Notes: generated from the letters alone by a model not told the origin. Shown: positions 38,984 through 50,012, numbered from the stretch's first letter. The stretch is DNA of 64,000 nucleotides from Acidimicrobiia bacterium (GCA_015488325.1 WFOA01000028.1:38309-102308); one strand, 5' to 3'. Translations and numbers: made by a program.

Positions 38984-39921
38984 CAGCGGGCCCGGGCAGC
39001 GACGGCGGCCTCGGGGAGGGGTCCACGGCGTTCGATCTCGGCCACCTGGTCCTCGTCGAGGGCCGACAGCAGGCTCGTCACCGCCACTTCGATCATGTCC
39101 GGCTCGGGGACACCGGTGGTGAGCCGCTGCAGCCACAGACCGGGCGCCGCCAAGAACCTGCCCAGCCGGTCCGATTGGCGGGTCCCCGAGAACTTCAACA
39201 GCTCGTAGGCGAGTCCGGCGATCACCGGGATGAGGACGATCCGGCTGACGACGAGCATCACCCAGCCGGGCCGTCCCAGCAGGGAGAACACGAGGATCGA
39301 GAAGACCACGACGATCAGCAGGAAGCTCGTCCCGCACCGGGGATGTTCGGGCCGGTAGCGCCGCACCGACTCCACCGAGAGCGGCTCCCCGGCCTCGAAG
39401 GCGTGGATGGCCATGTGCTCGGCGCCGTGGTACTGGAAGACCCGTCTGATCTCTTCGGAACGGCCGATCGCCCAGATGTAGCCGACGAAGAGGGCCAGCC
39501 TCACCAGGCCTTCGATCCCGTTGAACACCAGCGTCGACTCCCCGGCGGCGACCCGGGCGACGGCGGCCGGGATCAGGATGAACAGCCCGGCGAACAGCAC
39601 GAGGGCGATGGTCATCGACCCGGCGATCTGACGGCCGGTCAGTGGCTCTTCGTCTTCGTCCGCCGCCTTCTGGGCCGACCAGGACAGGGCCCGGAAGCCG
39701 AGGGCGAGGGACTCGCCCAACACCAGCATCCCCCGGATGAACGGCACCCGGGCGAGACGCGACCGGGAGCTGAGGCGCGGAAGCGGATGCCGGACGGCCT
39801 CGATGGACCCGCCAGGTCGCCTCACGGCCACCGCCCAGGCGTTCGGCGCCCGCATCATCACCCCTTCGATGACCGCCTGGCCGCCGACGGAGAACGCGGC
39901 GTCGTCAGCGGCCATGGACAC
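38983..39921 (-). CDS. DUF1385-domain membrane protein
   Basis: 312 aa, ...[20 protein letters not shown]... 1-nt start/stop overlap with prfA. Confidence 0.7.
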   Translation of the reverse strand: MSMAADDAAFSVGGQAVIEGVMMRAPNAWAVAVRRPGGSIEAVRHPLPRLSSRSRLARVPFIRGMLVLGESLALGFRALSWSAQKAADEDEEPLTGRQIAGSMTIALVLFAGLFILIPAAVARVAAGESTLVFNGIEGLVRLALFVGYIWAIGRSEEIRRVFQYHGAEHMAIHAFEAGEPLSVESVRRYRPEHPRCGTSFLLIVVVFSILVFSLLGRPGWVMLVVSRIVLIPVIAGLAYELLKFSGTRQSDRLGRFLAAPGLWLQRLTTGVPEPDMIEVAVTSLLSALDEDQVAEIERRGPLPEAAVAARAR

Positions 39922-39990
39922 TCGTCGTGTTCGGGGCCGGTGGACGTCGACGGGACCGAGGGAACGCCTCGGAGACGGGGATCGCCGAGC

Positions 39991-40257
39991 TCACTCCGCG
40001 TCGGGCGTCTCGCCCGTCTCCTGAGAGGCTTTCTGGGCTCGTTTCGACTTCGGGACCGACCCGCCGTAGCGCTTCTGGAAGCGTTCGACCCGGCCGCCCG
40101 AGTCGACCAGCTTCTGTTTGCCCGTGTAGAAGGGATGGCACTCGTTGCACAGTTCCACGTGCAGCTCACCGGGCTTGGTGGACCGAGTGACGAAGGTGTT
40201 GCCGCACGAGCAGACCACCGTCGTCTCGTCGTAGGTCGGATGGATCTCGGTTCTCAC
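39991..40257 (-). CDS. rpmE: 50S ribosomal protein L31
   Basis: 88 aa, [27 protein letters not shown]. Confidence 0.9.
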   Translation of the reverse strand: MRTEIHPTYDETTVVCSCGNTFVTRSTKPGELHVELCNECHPFYTGKQKLVDSGGRVERFQKRYGGSVPKSKRAQKASQETGETPDAE

Positions 40258-40275
40258 GTTCTCTCCTTCAGACCC

Positions 40276-41832
40276 TCAACTCGTGCTCTTGGCCACCTCG
40301 GCCAGGAACTCGGCGTTGGACTTGGTGTTCTTCAGCCGGTCGATGAGCAGCTCGAGGGCCGCACCCGGCTCCAACGACAAGAGGACCCGGCGCAGCTTCC
40401 AGACCTGTTGCAGCTCCTGTCGGTCGAACAGCAACTCTTCCCGGCGTGTTCCCGAGGCCTCGATGTCGATGGCAGGGTAGATGCGTTTGTCGGCGAGGCG
40501 GCGGTCGAGGCGCAGCTCCATGTTGCCGGTGCCTTTGAACTCTTCGAAGATGACCTCGTCCATCTTCGAGCCCGTCTCGACGAGGGCCGTCCCGAGGATC
40601 GTGAGGCTGCCGCCCTCCTCGATGTTCCGGGCGGCACCGAAGAACCGTTTCGGCGGGTACAGCGCCGTCGAGTCCACACCGCCGGACAGGATCCTGCCCG
40701 ACGCCGGGGTCGCCAGGTTGTGGGCCCGGGCCAGGCGGGTGATCGAATCGAGGAGGATCACCACGTCGGCGCCCATCTCCACCAGCCGTTTCGCCCGTTC
40801 GATGGCCAGTTCGGAGACCTGGGTGTGCTCCTCGGCCGGACGGTCGAACGTCGAGTAGATCGTCTCACCCTTCACCGAACGCTGCATGTCGGTGACCTCT
40901 TCGGGACGTTCGTCCACCAGCACCACCATCAGGTAGCACTCGGGGTTGTTGGCGGTGATCGCCTGGGCGATCTCCTTCAGGACCGTCGTCTTGCCCGCCT
41001 TCGGGGGTGACACGATCAGCCCCCGCTGGCCTTTGCCGATGGGAGCGATCAGGTCGATGATCCTGGTGAGCACACCGTTGGGTTTGCCTTCGACTTCGAG
41101 TCGCAGCCGCTCGTCGGGAAACAGCGGGGTGAGCTTCTCGAACCGGGGACGTTTCAACGCCTCCTCGGTGCTCATCCCGTTCACCGAGTCGATGCGGATC
41201 AGGGCGGGGAACTTCTCCTGGGAGCGGGGCGGACGGATCGGCCCCGACACGAGGTCGCCTTTGCGCAGTCCGAACTTGCGAACCTGGCCCGCGGAGACGT
41301 AGACGTCCTTTTCGCCGGGGAGATACCCGGTGACCCGAAGGAACCCGTAGCCCTCGGGGAGGATGTCGAGGAGACCTTCGCGGACCTCCAGCTCCCCCTC
41401 GGGGATGAACTCTTGGTTGCCGCCGCCGCGGCCCCGACGCCGTTTCCGCCGCCCACCCCCTTGACCTTGGCGGTCCCCGCCTTGACGCTGTTCGCCCTGC
41501 TGACGCTCCTGGGTGGAGGCCTCGCCACCGTCGGCCGCGCCCTCGGCTGCCTCCTCGGATCCCTCGCCGGACGACGTCGCCTCCTCCGACTGGCCTCCGT
41601 CCTGCTGCTGGTCGGTCGACGACGTATCGGCCCCGTCGGAACGGGGGGTGGCGGCCGGGAGTTCGATCGTCTCCGCGGCGCCGTCACCGTCGACGGACGG
41701 CGCCGCGCCGGACTCCATGATCGCCGAGATGAGTTTGGCTTTCTGGAGACCTTCGGTCTCGATACCGACCGCCTCTGCGATGGCCCTGAGCTCGCCGATC
41801 GACTTGGCTTGGAGTTGGGCTCTGGTGCTCAT
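40276..41832 (-). CDS. rho: transcription termination factor Rho (with about 150-aa acidic/RGG-rich N-terminal insertion domain)
   Basis: 518 aa. Walker A PKAGKTT, Q- and R-loops, and an N-terminal insertion [16 protein letters not shown]...[14 protein letters not shown]. Confidence 0.92.
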   Translation of the reverse strand: MSTRAQLQAKSIGELRAIAEAVGIETEGLQKAKLISAIMESGAAPSVDGDGAAETIELPAATPRSDGADTSSTDQQQDGGQSEEATSSGEGSEEAAEGAADGGEASTQERQQGEQRQGGDRQGQGGGRRKRRRGRGGGNQEFIPEGELEVREGLLDILPEGYGFLRVTGYLPGEKDVYVSAGQVRKFGLRKGDLVSGPIRPPRSQEKFPALIRIDSVNGMSTEEALKRPRFEKLTPLFPDERLRLEVEGKPNGVLTRIIDLIAPIGKGQRGLIVSPPKAGKTTVLKEIAQAITANNPECYLMVVLVDERPEEVTDMQRSVKGETIYSTFDRPAEEHTQVSELAIERAKRLVEMGADVVILLDSITRLARAHNLATPASGRILSGGVDSTALYPPKRFFGAARNIEEGGSLTILGTALVETGSKMDEVIFEEFKGTGNMELRLDRRLADKRIYPAIDIEASGTRREELLFDRQELQQVWKLRRVLLSLEPGAALELLIDRLKNTKSNAEFLAEVAKSTS

Positions 41833-42058
41833 GTGTGGGTGTGCCCCCGGTCTCGTTGGACGGGCTCTGCTGAACTACGAGCTGTCCCACGCCCGCACCG
41901 GGTGGTGGGGCGGCCTCCGGTCGTGGCCATACGAACGCATGGAGACCGAGAGGTGGGTGAACGACTGCGCCCCGGGTGTGGGACTGCGATCTTGGACGGG
42001 ATTGTAGCGCCTCCGCGGCGTCTGCCAAGCGAAGCCCACACCGACGTCGCCGCCGCGG

Positions 42059-43441
42059 TCACCCGCTTGGGGCGGCAACCCGTCGCAGCAGACCGAGGAG
42101 ACGCCCGGGGTCGGCGGGGATCGTGGTGACCCGCTCCGCCCGTTCGTACAGGTCGGCGAGGTCCGCCGGGAGCTCCGGGCGCTCCCCGGTCGCCTCCTCC
42201 ACCACATCCGGGAACTTGGCAGGGTGGGCGGTGGCCACGGTGAGGAGGGGGACGTCGGGATCCCCGTGGCGGCGACCCACCTCCCATCCGACGGCGGTGT
42301 GCGGATCGAACACCACCGCCATCTGGCGATACGCCCGAGCCATCGCCTCGGAGATCCCGGCGTCGTCGATCCACCCGGCCCGGAACCGGCGGCGAAGGGT
42401 CGCGTGGTGCTCGGGGTCGAGGCGGAGCGAACCGGACGCCCGGAACGTCGCCATCGTGCGGTCCACCCGCGTTCCGTCCCGACCGAAGAGCTCGAACAGG
42501 TACCGCTCGAGGTTCGAGGGGATCTGGATGTCCATGGCAGGTGCCGGTGTCGGATGGACGGGCCCGACACGCAGGGTGCCCGTCGTGATGAGCTGCGCCA
42601 GACCGTGGTTCCGGTTGTTGGCCACCACCAACGCGCCCAGGCGGGCGCCCATCGACGCTGCCCCATGGGCGGCGTAGACGTTGCCGAAGTTGCCGGTAGG
42701 GACCGCGACGGTCGGTGCCGGGTCCTCGGCGAGGAGGGCGCCCGCCCAGGCGTAGTAGACCGTCTGGGCGGCCACCCTGGCCCAGTTGATCGAGTTGACC
42801 GCCCCCAAGCCGAGTTCTTCCCGTGCCTCGGCATCGGAGAACATCGCCTTCACGAGGGCCTGGCAGTCGTCGAAGGTCCCCTCCACCGCCACCGCGTGGA
42901 CGTTCGGCGAGGTCACCGTGGTCATCTGGCGGCGCTGCACCTCCGACACCCGCCCCTCCGGATACAGGATGACGATGTCGATCGCCTCCCGGTCACGGCA
43001 GGCTTCGATCGCGGCCGAGCCGGTGTCCCCGGAGGTGGCCCCCAACACCAGCATCCGCCGCCCCCGCGCGGTGAGGACCCGGTCGAACATGCGCCCCACG
43101 AGCTGGAGGGCGTAGTCCTTGAACGAGAGCGTCGGCCCCCAGAACAGCTCGAGGAGCCGGGTACCGTCGGGCAGCGTACGTAACGGCGCGACCTCGGGAT
43201 GGCGGAACGAACCGTAGGCGTCCCGCACCAGCCCCTCGAGGTCATCGGCGAGCACCGAACCTTCGACGAAGGGCTCGAGCACCCCGACCGCCGCCGCTGC
43301 GTATCCGCGGGCAGGGTCGACGGGTGCCAGACGAGGCCAGCGTTCCGGCAGGTAGAGGCCGCCGTCGGGGGCGAGTCCCTGCAGCAGGGCGTCGTCGAAC
43401 GTCACCGGGGGTGCGTGCCCCCTCGTGGAGACGTAGCGCAT
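42059..43441 (-). CDS. thrC: threonine synthase
   Basis: Internal ATG (MRYVSTRGHAPP...) gives 460 aa. PLP lysine motif TLSFKDYALQ. Confidence 0.9.
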   Translation of the reverse strand: MRYVSTRGHAPPVTFDDALLQGLAPDGGLYLPERWPRLAPVDPARGYAAAAVGVLEPFVEGSVLADDLEGLVRDAYGSFRHPEVAPLRTLPDGTRLLELFWGPTLSFKDYALQLVGRMFDRVLTARGRRMLVLGATSGDTGSAAIEACRDREAIDIVILYPEGRVSEVQRRQMTTVTSPNVHAVAVEGTFDDCQALVKAMFSDAEAREELGLGAVNSINWARVAAQTVYYAWAGALLAEDPAPTVAVPTGNFGNVYAAHGAASMGARLGALVVANNRNHGLAQLITTGTLRVGPVHPTPAPAMDIQIPSNLERYLFELFGRDGTRVDRTMATFRASGSLRLDPEHHATLRRRFRAGWIDDAGISEAMARAYRQMAVVFDPHTAVGWEVGRRHGDPDVPLLTVATAHPAKFPDVVEEATGERPELPADLADLYERAERVTTIPADPGRLLGLLRRVAAPSG

Positions 43442-44730
43442 CACGGCTCGTCGGTCACGACCCGGACCGTCGCCGCCACCTGACGGACAACGTCGAGGTG
43501 GCGCAGCGCATCGGTCGCCGCCCGATGGTTCGACTCGGGAGCGTCGTGGGTGACGAGGAGCAGCGTGGCGGCGTCCCCCCGCCCCTCCTGCCACACCGAC
43601 ATGATGCTCACCCGATGCTCCCCGAAGACCCCGGCGATCTGGGCGAGGACCCCGGGGGCGTCCACCACCTCCAGCCGCAGGTACCACTTGGTCTCCACGT
43701 CGGCGAAGTCGAGGACCGTTCCCGGACCGAAGCGGATCCGCGGGGCGACCTGGGCGGCGGCGAGGAGCTCACGGGCGGCCTCGATGACATCCCCCAGCAC
43801 GGCGGTGGCGGTAGGCCCGCCTCCCGCCCCCGGGCCCATGAACAACAGCTCGCCGATGTCGGGACCTTCGATGAACACGGCGTTGGCGGCGCCCCGGACA
43901 CCCGACAGGGGGTGGTCCAGCGGCACGAACGCGGGATGAACCCGTGCCACGACGCCGTCGCCGGTGTCTTCGGCGACGGCGAGGAGCTTCACCCGGTATC
44001 CGAGCTGGCGGGCGTACACCAGATCCGCCGCGTCCAGCCCTTCGATCCCTTCGACGAAGACCCGGTCGGGACCGACCCAGACTCCGAAGGCGAGCCCGGC
44101 GAGGATCGCCGCCTTCGCCCCGGCGTCGGCCCCCGAGACGTCGGCGGTGGGGTCGGCTTCGGCGTACCCGAGTCGCTGGGCTTCGGCGACGGCCGCCTCG
44201 TAGGACCATCCTTCGGACTCCATGGCGGTGAGGATGAAGTTGGTGGTGCCGTTGACGATCCCCAACACCCTCCTGATCCGCTCCCCCGACAGCGACTCCG
44301 ACAACGGGCGGATGAGGGGGATCCCGCCGCCGACGGCGGCTTCGAACAGGAGCGACACCCCCTTCGAGGCGGCCCGGGTGAACAGGGTGGGGCCTTCGGC
44401 GGCGACCATCTCCTTGTTGGCGGTGACGACGGGTTTTCCCAGGTCGAGGGCGGCCAACACGAGACCCAAGGCCGGTTCGAGCCCCCCCATCACTTCGACG
44501 ACGAGGTCGACCGACGGGTCGGCGACGACGTCTTCGGGCCGGTCGGTGGCGTAGGAGGCCGGGAACACGCGGGGCAAGGACAGGTCGCGTACGGCGACAC
44601 GCACGAGCTCGAGGTCGATCCCCGATTTGGCGGCGATGACCTCACGGTCCTCCAGCAGCTTCCGGGCGAGGGTTCCTCCGACCGTGCCGCCGCCGAGGAT
44701 GCCGATTCCGACACGCATACGTCCGTCCAC
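43441..44730 (-). CDS. hom: homoserine dehydrogenase
   Basis: 429 aa with NAD site GILGGGTVGG and a C-terminal ACT domain. The start may be M5 (MRVGIGILGGG). 1-nt overlap with thrC. Confidence 0.9.
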   Translation of the reverse strand: MDGRMRVGIGILGGGTVGGTLARKLLEDREVIAAKSGIDLELVRVAVRDLSLPRVFPASYATDRPEDVVADPSVDLVVEVMGGLEPALGLVLAALDLGKPVVTANKEMVAAEGPTLFTRAASKGVSLLFEAAVGGGIPLIRPLSESLSGERIRRVLGIVNGTTNFILTAMESEGWSYEAAVAEAQRLGYAEADPTADVSGADAGAKAAILAGLAFGVWVGPDRVFVEGIEGLDAADLVYARQLGYRVKLLAVAEDTGDGVVARVHPAFVPLDHPLSGVRGAANAVFIEGPDIGELLFMGPGAGGGPTATAVLGDVIEAARELLAAAQVAPRIRFGPGTVLDFADVETKWYLRLEVVDAPGVLAQIAGVFGEHRVSIMSVWQEGRGDAATLLLVTHDAPESNHRAATDALRHLDVVRQVAATVRVVTDEP

Positions 44731-44772
44731 GAGGCTCGATGCTACCGCCGACGGCGGTACCCTCCGTCACCC

Positions 44773-46044
44773 ATGGCAGGTCCACTCCCCCGATACCTCC
44801 TCCCCGACAACGCCGAGATCGTCGACGGGCGGCTTCACGTCGGCGGATGTGACGTCGGCGAACTGGCCGACGAATACGGCACGCCGCTGTTCGTGTACGA
44901 CGAGCAACACCTGCGGGCTCGGTGCCGGGAGGCGGTGGCGGCGTTCCCCGACGGCGTCGCCTATGCGACGAAGGCGTTCCTGTGCAGGGCGATGGCGCGC
45001 CTCGCCTTCGACGAAGGGATGTCCCTCGACGTCGCCACCGGCGGGGAGCTGGCGGTGGCGCTCGCCGCCGGGGTCTCGGCGGATCGCCTCGTGTTCCACG
45101 GCAACGACAAGTCCGAGAAGGAACTCGCCGAAGCCCTCGACGCCGGGGTCGGCCGCATCGTCGTGGACTCCTTCGACGAGATGGACCGCATCGAACGTCT
45201 CGTCGCTTCTGGCCTGCCCGCCCCCGACGTGCTGGTTCGGATCACCCCGGGGGTGGAGGCCCACACCCACGAGTTCGTACGGACGGGACAGGACGACACC
45301 AAGTTCGGGTTCACCGTCTCCGCCGGGCTCGCCGACGAAGCCGTCCGACGGGCCGCGAAGTCGCCCGCCATGCGCCTGCGGGGTGTGCACGCCCACATCG
45401 GCAGCCAGGTGTTCCGGCTCGACTCCTTCGTCGAAGCGGCCCGGATCGTGGCACGGATGGCGGCTCCGTACCGTCCCGAGGAGCTGTCCTTGGGAGGAGG
45501 CCTCGGAGTTCCCTACGTCGAAGGTGAGACCGCCCCCAGCATCACCGAATGGGCCGAGGCCCTCCTCGGGGCCTGCCGGGAAGAGGGGGTGGAGGCGCGC
45601 GTCACCGCCGAACCCGGGAGGGCGATCACCGCCGCTGCCGCCGTCACCGTCTATCGGGTCGGTGTGATCAAAGAGATCCCGGGGATCCGCACCTACGTGG
45701 CGGTCGACGGGGGCATGTCCGACAACCCCCGTCCGGTCCTCTACGGGTCGGGATACGAGACGTTCCGTCCCACCACCACCGACGCCCCCCGACCCCGCAG
45801 GGTGCGGGTGGTGGGCAAACACTGCGAATCCGGTGACGTGCTCGTCCCCGATGCCTGGGTCCCCGACGACCTGGCGGTCGGGGACCTGTTGGCCACGCCC
45901 GTCACCGGGGCCTACGGCCACTCGATGGGCTCCAACTACAACAAGGTGCTGCGGCCGCCGGTGCTGTTCTGCCGGGACGGCGACGCCCGGGTCGTGGTGC
46001 GCCGGGAGACCTACGAGGATCTGCTGCGCCTCGACGTCGGCTGA
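44773..46044 (+). CDS. lysA: diaminopimelate decarboxylase
   Basis: Internal ATG (MAGPLPRYLLPDNAEIVDGRLHVGG...) gives 423 aa. PLP lysine AYATKAF and ...GGGLGVPY... are present. Confidence 0.9.
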   Translation: MAGPLPRYLLPDNAEIVDGRLHVGGCDVGELADEYGTPLFVYDEQHLRARCREAVAAFPDGVAYATKAFLCRAMARLAFDEGMSLDVATGGELAVALAAGVSADRLVFHGNDKSEKELAEALDAGVGRIVVDSFDEMDRIERLVASGLPAPDVLVRITPGVEAHTHEFVRTGQDDTKFGFTVSAGLADEAVRRAAKSPAMRLRGVHAHIGSQVFRLDSFVEAARIVARMAAPYRPEELSLGGGLGVPYVEGETAPSITEWAEALLGACREEGVEARVTAEPGRAITAAAAVTVYRVGVIKEIPGIRTYVAVDGGMSDNPRPVLYGSGYETFRPTTTDAPRPRRVRVVGKHCESGDVLVPDAWVPDDLAVGDLLATPVTGAYGHSMGSNYNKVLRPPVLFCRDGDARVVVRRETYEDLLRLDVG

Positions 46045-46218
46045 TCGCCCTCGTCTCGAACCACGGCGCACCGACGCCGCTCACGGGCCTTCCGAGACAG
46101 GCGAGAACCTCCATGGAGGTCACCCGATCCCGGCGCCACGCTCCGCCGACACCCCTGCGAGGGTTTCTCCTTCGGCTCCGACCCGATAGAGTCACCCCTT
46201 CCACCGAAGGGAGGTGCC

Positions 46219-47235
46219 ATGACCGCCAAGACCGATGCCGTCCTCAACGCCCCCTTCGGTTCGGTATTCGCCCCGGTGATGGCGATCACCCGGTGGAGCG
46301 GCGACCGCTTCGACGACCCTTCGGTCGAACCCCTTCGACCCCTCGAACTGCATCCGGGAGCCCACGTGCTCCACTACGCAAGCTCGATCTTCGAAGGTTT
46401 GAAGGCGCATCGCGGCCCCGAAGGCCAGACACGGCTGTTCCGCCTCGACCGTCACGTCGACCGGATGCGTCGCTCGGCCGAGCTGCTGTGCCTTCCCCCG
46501 CCTCCGGCGGAGCTGCTCACGGCGATGATCGCCGAGACGGCGGCGGCCAACCGGAACGAGGTGCCCGACCCGCCGGGAAGCCTCTATCTGCGGCCCGCCA
46601 TGATCGGCACCCAAGCCGACGTCGGCGCCGCTGCCAAACCGCCCGACGAGGGTCTGCTCTACGTGGTCGCCTGCCCGGTGGGTGACTACTTCACCGGGGG
46701 GATCCGGCCGCTGCGGGTGCTGGTGGAGGACGAGGCGATGCGGTCCACCCCCGGGTTCGGCGCCGCCAAGACCGGCGCCAACTACGCGGCCGCCCTCCGC
46801 ACCGTGGTGGAGGCCCGAACCGCCCACGGAGCCGATCAGGTGCTGTTCGCTCCCGCCGGCGACGTACAGGAGACGGGTGCTTCCAACTTCCTGCTCATCG
46901 ACGACGAACGGGTGGTGACCAAGCCCGTCGACGGAACGTTCCTGCCGGGGGTGACCCGGGAGGCGGTGCTGATCCTCGCCGACCATCTCGGCTACACCGT
47001 GGAGGAACGGGACGTCTCCATCGCGGACGTCCTCGACTGGGCCCGACACGGCGAAGCCGCCCTGTCGGGCACGGCGGCAGTGCTGGCCGGCGTGGGCACC
47101 CTCGTGTATCGGGGGGTGGAGCACCGGGTCGGTTCCGGAGAGGTGGGTCCCAACACCCTGCGGCTGCGCAAAGCCCTCACCGACCTCCAGATCGGTGCGG
47201 CACCCGACACCTTCGGGTGGATCACCGAGGTGTGA
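46219..47235 (+). CDS. branched-chain amino acid aminotransferase, second paralogue (fold-type IV)
   Basis: 338 aa, ...HYASSIFEGLKAHRGPEGQTRLFRLDRHVDRM... GGGAGG SD upstream. Confidence 0.8.
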   Translation: MTAKTDAVLNAPFGSVFAPVMAITRWSGDRFDDPSVEPLRPLELHPGAHVLHYASSIFEGLKAHRGPEGQTRLFRLDRHVDRMRRSAELLCLPPPPAELLTAMIAETAAANRNEVPDPPGSLYLRPAMIGTQADVGAAAKPPDEGLLYVVACPVGDYFTGGIRPLRVLVEDEAMRSTPGFGAAKTGANYAAALRTVVEARTAHGADQVLFAPAGDVQETGASNFLLIDDERVVTKPVDGTFLPGVTREAVLILADHLGYTVEERDVSIADVLDWARHGEAALSGTAAVLAGVGTLVYRGVEHRVGSGEVGPNTLRLRKALTDLQIGAAPDTFGWITEV

Positions 47236-47282
47236 CCCGGGAAGGGTCCGAGGTCGGAAGCGTTGAGTACAATGGGGCCGTT

Positions 47283-47354
<72 letters not shown>

Positions 47355-47403
47355 CCCCGCCCCGACTCCTCGGCCGTGGCACGCCGCCGACGGCGACGGC
47401 GAC

Positions 47404-48411
47404 TCATCCCGACTGCAGGGCTCCGATCACGTGCTCTCCGTACGCCCGGAGGGTGCCCTCCTGGTCGTCGTGCATCAGGTAGATCCCGAAGTGGTCCGCG
47501 CCGAGCTCCTTCAACACGGTGAGTTTCTCGATATGCGCCTCGACGGGCCCGAGGATGCAGAACCGGTCGACGATCTCGTCGGGCACGAAGTCGGTGGTGG
47601 GGTTGTCGGGCTTGCCGTGGTGGGAGTAGTCGTAGGCCTCACGCGCGGCGATGTAGTCGGACAGCACCTTCGGCACCTTCGACTCGTCGGTCCCGTACCG
47701 GCGTACGAGATCGACCACGTGGTTGCCGACCATCCCCCCGAACCAGCGGAGCTGGTCCCGCTGGTGGCCGATGTCGTCGCCGACGTAGGCGGGGGCCACC
47801 ACACAGATGGTGATGTCGTCGGGGTCGCGGCCGGCCTCGACGGCAGCCCGGCGAACCGCCCCCATCGTCCATTCGAGGATCTGGGGGTCGGCGAGCTGGA
47901 GGATGAACCCGTCGGCGTGCCGCCCGATGGTGGCGAGGGTCTTCGGCCCGTACCCGGCCACCCAGATGGGGAGGTCCCAGCCCTCCCCCACCCACGGGAT
48001 CCGGAGGCGTTTGCCCTGGTAGTCGACCTCTTCACCGGCGACGAGGCCCTTGATCACCTTCATCGACTCGACCATCGTCGCCAACGTGCGGGGCTTTCGG
48101 CCGATGTACCGCAGCGCCGAATCGCCCCGCCCCATCCCGCAGATGGTTCGCCCACCCGACATCTCGTTCAACGTGGCGAAGAGCGACGCCAGCACCGTCC
48201 AGTCCCGGGTACCCGGGTTGGTGACCATCGGTCCGACGATCATCCGTTCGGTCACGTCGAGCATCCGTGAGTAGATGACGAAGGGCTCCTCCCACAGGAC
48301 GTGGGAGTCGAAGGTCCAGCCGTGGCTGAACCCGAGATCCTCCGCCATGCGGGTCAGCTCGATCACCCGCCGGGCGGGCGGGTCGGTCTGCAGGACGACA
48401 CCGAAGTCCAT
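47404..48411 (-). CDS. LLM-class F420-dependent oxidoreductase (luciferase-like TIM barrel)
   Basis: 335 aa, MDFGVVLQTDPPARRVIELTRMAEDLGFSHGWTFDSH... Last gene of the catabolic operon. Confidence 0.8.
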   Translation of the reverse strand: MDFGVVLQTDPPARRVIELTRMAEDLGFSHGWTFDSHVLWEEPFVIYSRMLDVTERMIVGPMVTNPGTRDWTVLASLFATLNEMSGGRTICGMGRGDSALRYIGRKPRTLATMVESMKVIKGLVAGEEVDYQGKRLRIPWVGEGWDLPIWVAGYGPKTLATIGRHADGFILQLADPQILEWTMGAVRRAAVEAGRDPDDITICVVAPAYVGDDIGHQRDQLRWFGGMVGNHVVDLVRRYGTDESKVPKVLSDYIAAREAYDYSHHGKPDNPTTDFVPDEIVDRFCILGPVEAHIEKLTVLKELGADHFGIYLMHDDQEGTLRAYGEHVIGALQSG

Positions 48412-48438
48412 GGGTTCTCCTCTTCGCTCGCGGACAGC

Positions 48439-49941
48439 TCAGCCGTGCTGGGGGAACCCCAGATCCACGCCGCGGTGGATCGGGTCGGGCCAGCGGGAGA
48501 TGATCACCTTCTGGCGGGTGTAGAAGTGCACACCTTCGGGTCCGTAGATGGCGTGGGTCCCGAAGATCGAGTCCTTCCAACCGCCGAACGAGTAGAAGGA
48601 CAAGGGCACCGGGATCGGCACGTTGATCCCGACCATCCCCACTTCGATCTCGTGCTGGAACTTACGGGCGGCGCCGCCGTCGTTGGTGAACACGGCCGTG
48701 CCGTTCCCGTAGGGGTTGTCGTTGATGAGCCGGATGGCGTCTTCGTAGTGGTCCACCCGCACGGTGGAGAGCACCGGCCCGAAGATCTCGTCACGGTAGA
48801 TCTTCATCTCCGGTGTCACCCGGTCGAACAGCGTGGGACCCAGGAAGAAGCCTTCTTCGTGGCCGGGGACGGTGAGGGTGCGGCCGTCGGCGACGAGGAC
48901 CGCCCCTTCCTGTTCTCCCGCTTCGACGTAGGAGAGGACCTTGTCGAGATGCTGCTGGGTGACGAGGGGGCCCATCTGGACACCCGGCTCGGTGCCCGGC
49001 CCGACCTTCAGTTCGGCGATCCGGTCGGTCATCTTGGGGAGCAGGCGGTCGGCGGCGTCACCGACGGTGACCACCACCGAGATCGCCATGCACCGCTCGC
49101 CCGCCGACCCGTATCCGGCGGAGACGGCGGCGTCGGCCGCCAGGTCCATGTCGGCGTCGGGGAGGACCACCATGTGGTTCTTCGCCCCTCCGAGGGCCTG
49201 GACACGTTTGCCGTTGCGCGTACCGGTCTCGTAGATGTATCGGGCGATGGGGGTGGAGCCGACGAAGGAGACCGCCGCCACGTCGGGATGGGCGAGAAGG
49301 GCGTCCACCGCCTCCTTGTCCCCATGGACGACGTTGAAGACGCCGTCGGGGAGGCCCGCCTCGGCGAGCAGTTCGGCGGCGAGCTGGGACGTGGAGGGAT
49401 CCTTCTCCGAGGGTTTGAGGACGAAGGTGTTGCCGCAGGCGATGGCGATCGGATACATCCACATGGGCACCATCGCCGGGAAGTTGAAGGGGGTGATGCC
49501 CGCCACCACCCCGAGGGGTTGACGGATCGTGTAGGTGTCGACTCCGCCGGAGACCTGCTCGGAGTAGTCACCTTTCAACAGGTGGGCGATGTTGCAGGCG
49601 AACTCGATGACTTCGAGCCCCCGCTGCACCTCGCCGGCGGCGTCGTCGAGGGTCTTGCCGTGTTCGGCGGTGAGCAGCCGAGCCAGGTCCATCTTGTGCT
49701 GCACCACCAGCTCCCGGAAGGAGAACAGGATCTGCTGGCGACGGGTGAGGGGGACCTCGCGCCATGACGCGAAGGCCTTCGCCGCCGCCGCCACGGCCTG
49801 GTCGACGACGTCCCGGTCGGCGAAGGCGACTTCGGCGGTCATCCGGCCGGTCGCCGGGTCGTAGACGGGACCTCGCCGTTCGACCGGACCGTCGTAGGGT
49901 TTGCCGTCGATCCAATGGGTGATGAGCTTCATCGGGTCCAC
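48439..49941 (-). CDS. mmsA: CoA-acylating methylmalonate/malonate-semialdehyde dehydrogenase
   Basis: 500 aa aldehyde dehydrogenase with VVAGITPFNFP, the catalytic Cys in GERCMAISV, and MmsA-type motifs. Confidence 0.88.
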   Translation of the reverse strand: MDPMKLITHWIDGKPYDGPVERRGPVYDPATGRMTAEVAFADRDVVDQAVAAAAKAFASWREVPLTRRQQILFSFRELVVQHKMDLARLLTAEHGKTLDDAAGEVQRGLEVIEFACNIAHLLKGDYSEQVSGGVDTYTIRQPLGVVAGITPFNFPAMVPMWMYPIAIACGNTFVLKPSEKDPSTSQLAAELLAEAGLPDGVFNVVHGDKEAVDALLAHPDVAAVSFVGSTPIARYIYETGTRNGKRVQALGGAKNHMVVLPDADMDLAADAAVSAGYGSAGERCMAISVVVTVGDAADRLLPKMTDRIAELKVGPGTEPGVQMGPLVTQQHLDKVLSYVEAGEQEGAVLVADGRTLTVPGHEEGFFLGPTLFDRVTPEMKIYRDEIFGPVLSTVRVDHYEDAIRLINDNPYGNGTAVFTNDGGAARKFQHEIEVGMVGINVPIPVPLSFYSFGGWKDSIFGTHAIYGPEGVHFYTRQKVIISRWPDPIHRGVDLGFPQHG

Positions 49942-50012
49942 TCCTATCAGCGTTGGAACGTTCCAACGACGCTAGTCGGGGCAGGCGCCGGACCGAACTC
50001 CGGCGCCTGCCT

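Noticed and set aside
41833-42058. 226-bp region upstream of rho as a hidden small gene (track ORFs 41875..42374 etc.).
   Set aside because: The overlapping ORFs are Arg/Pro-rich nonsense. The region is most simply the rho promoter/long leader plus the thrC terminator.
44731-44772. Lysine riboswitch upstream of lysA.
   Set aside because: Only 42 nt separate hom and lysA. That is far too short for an L-box.
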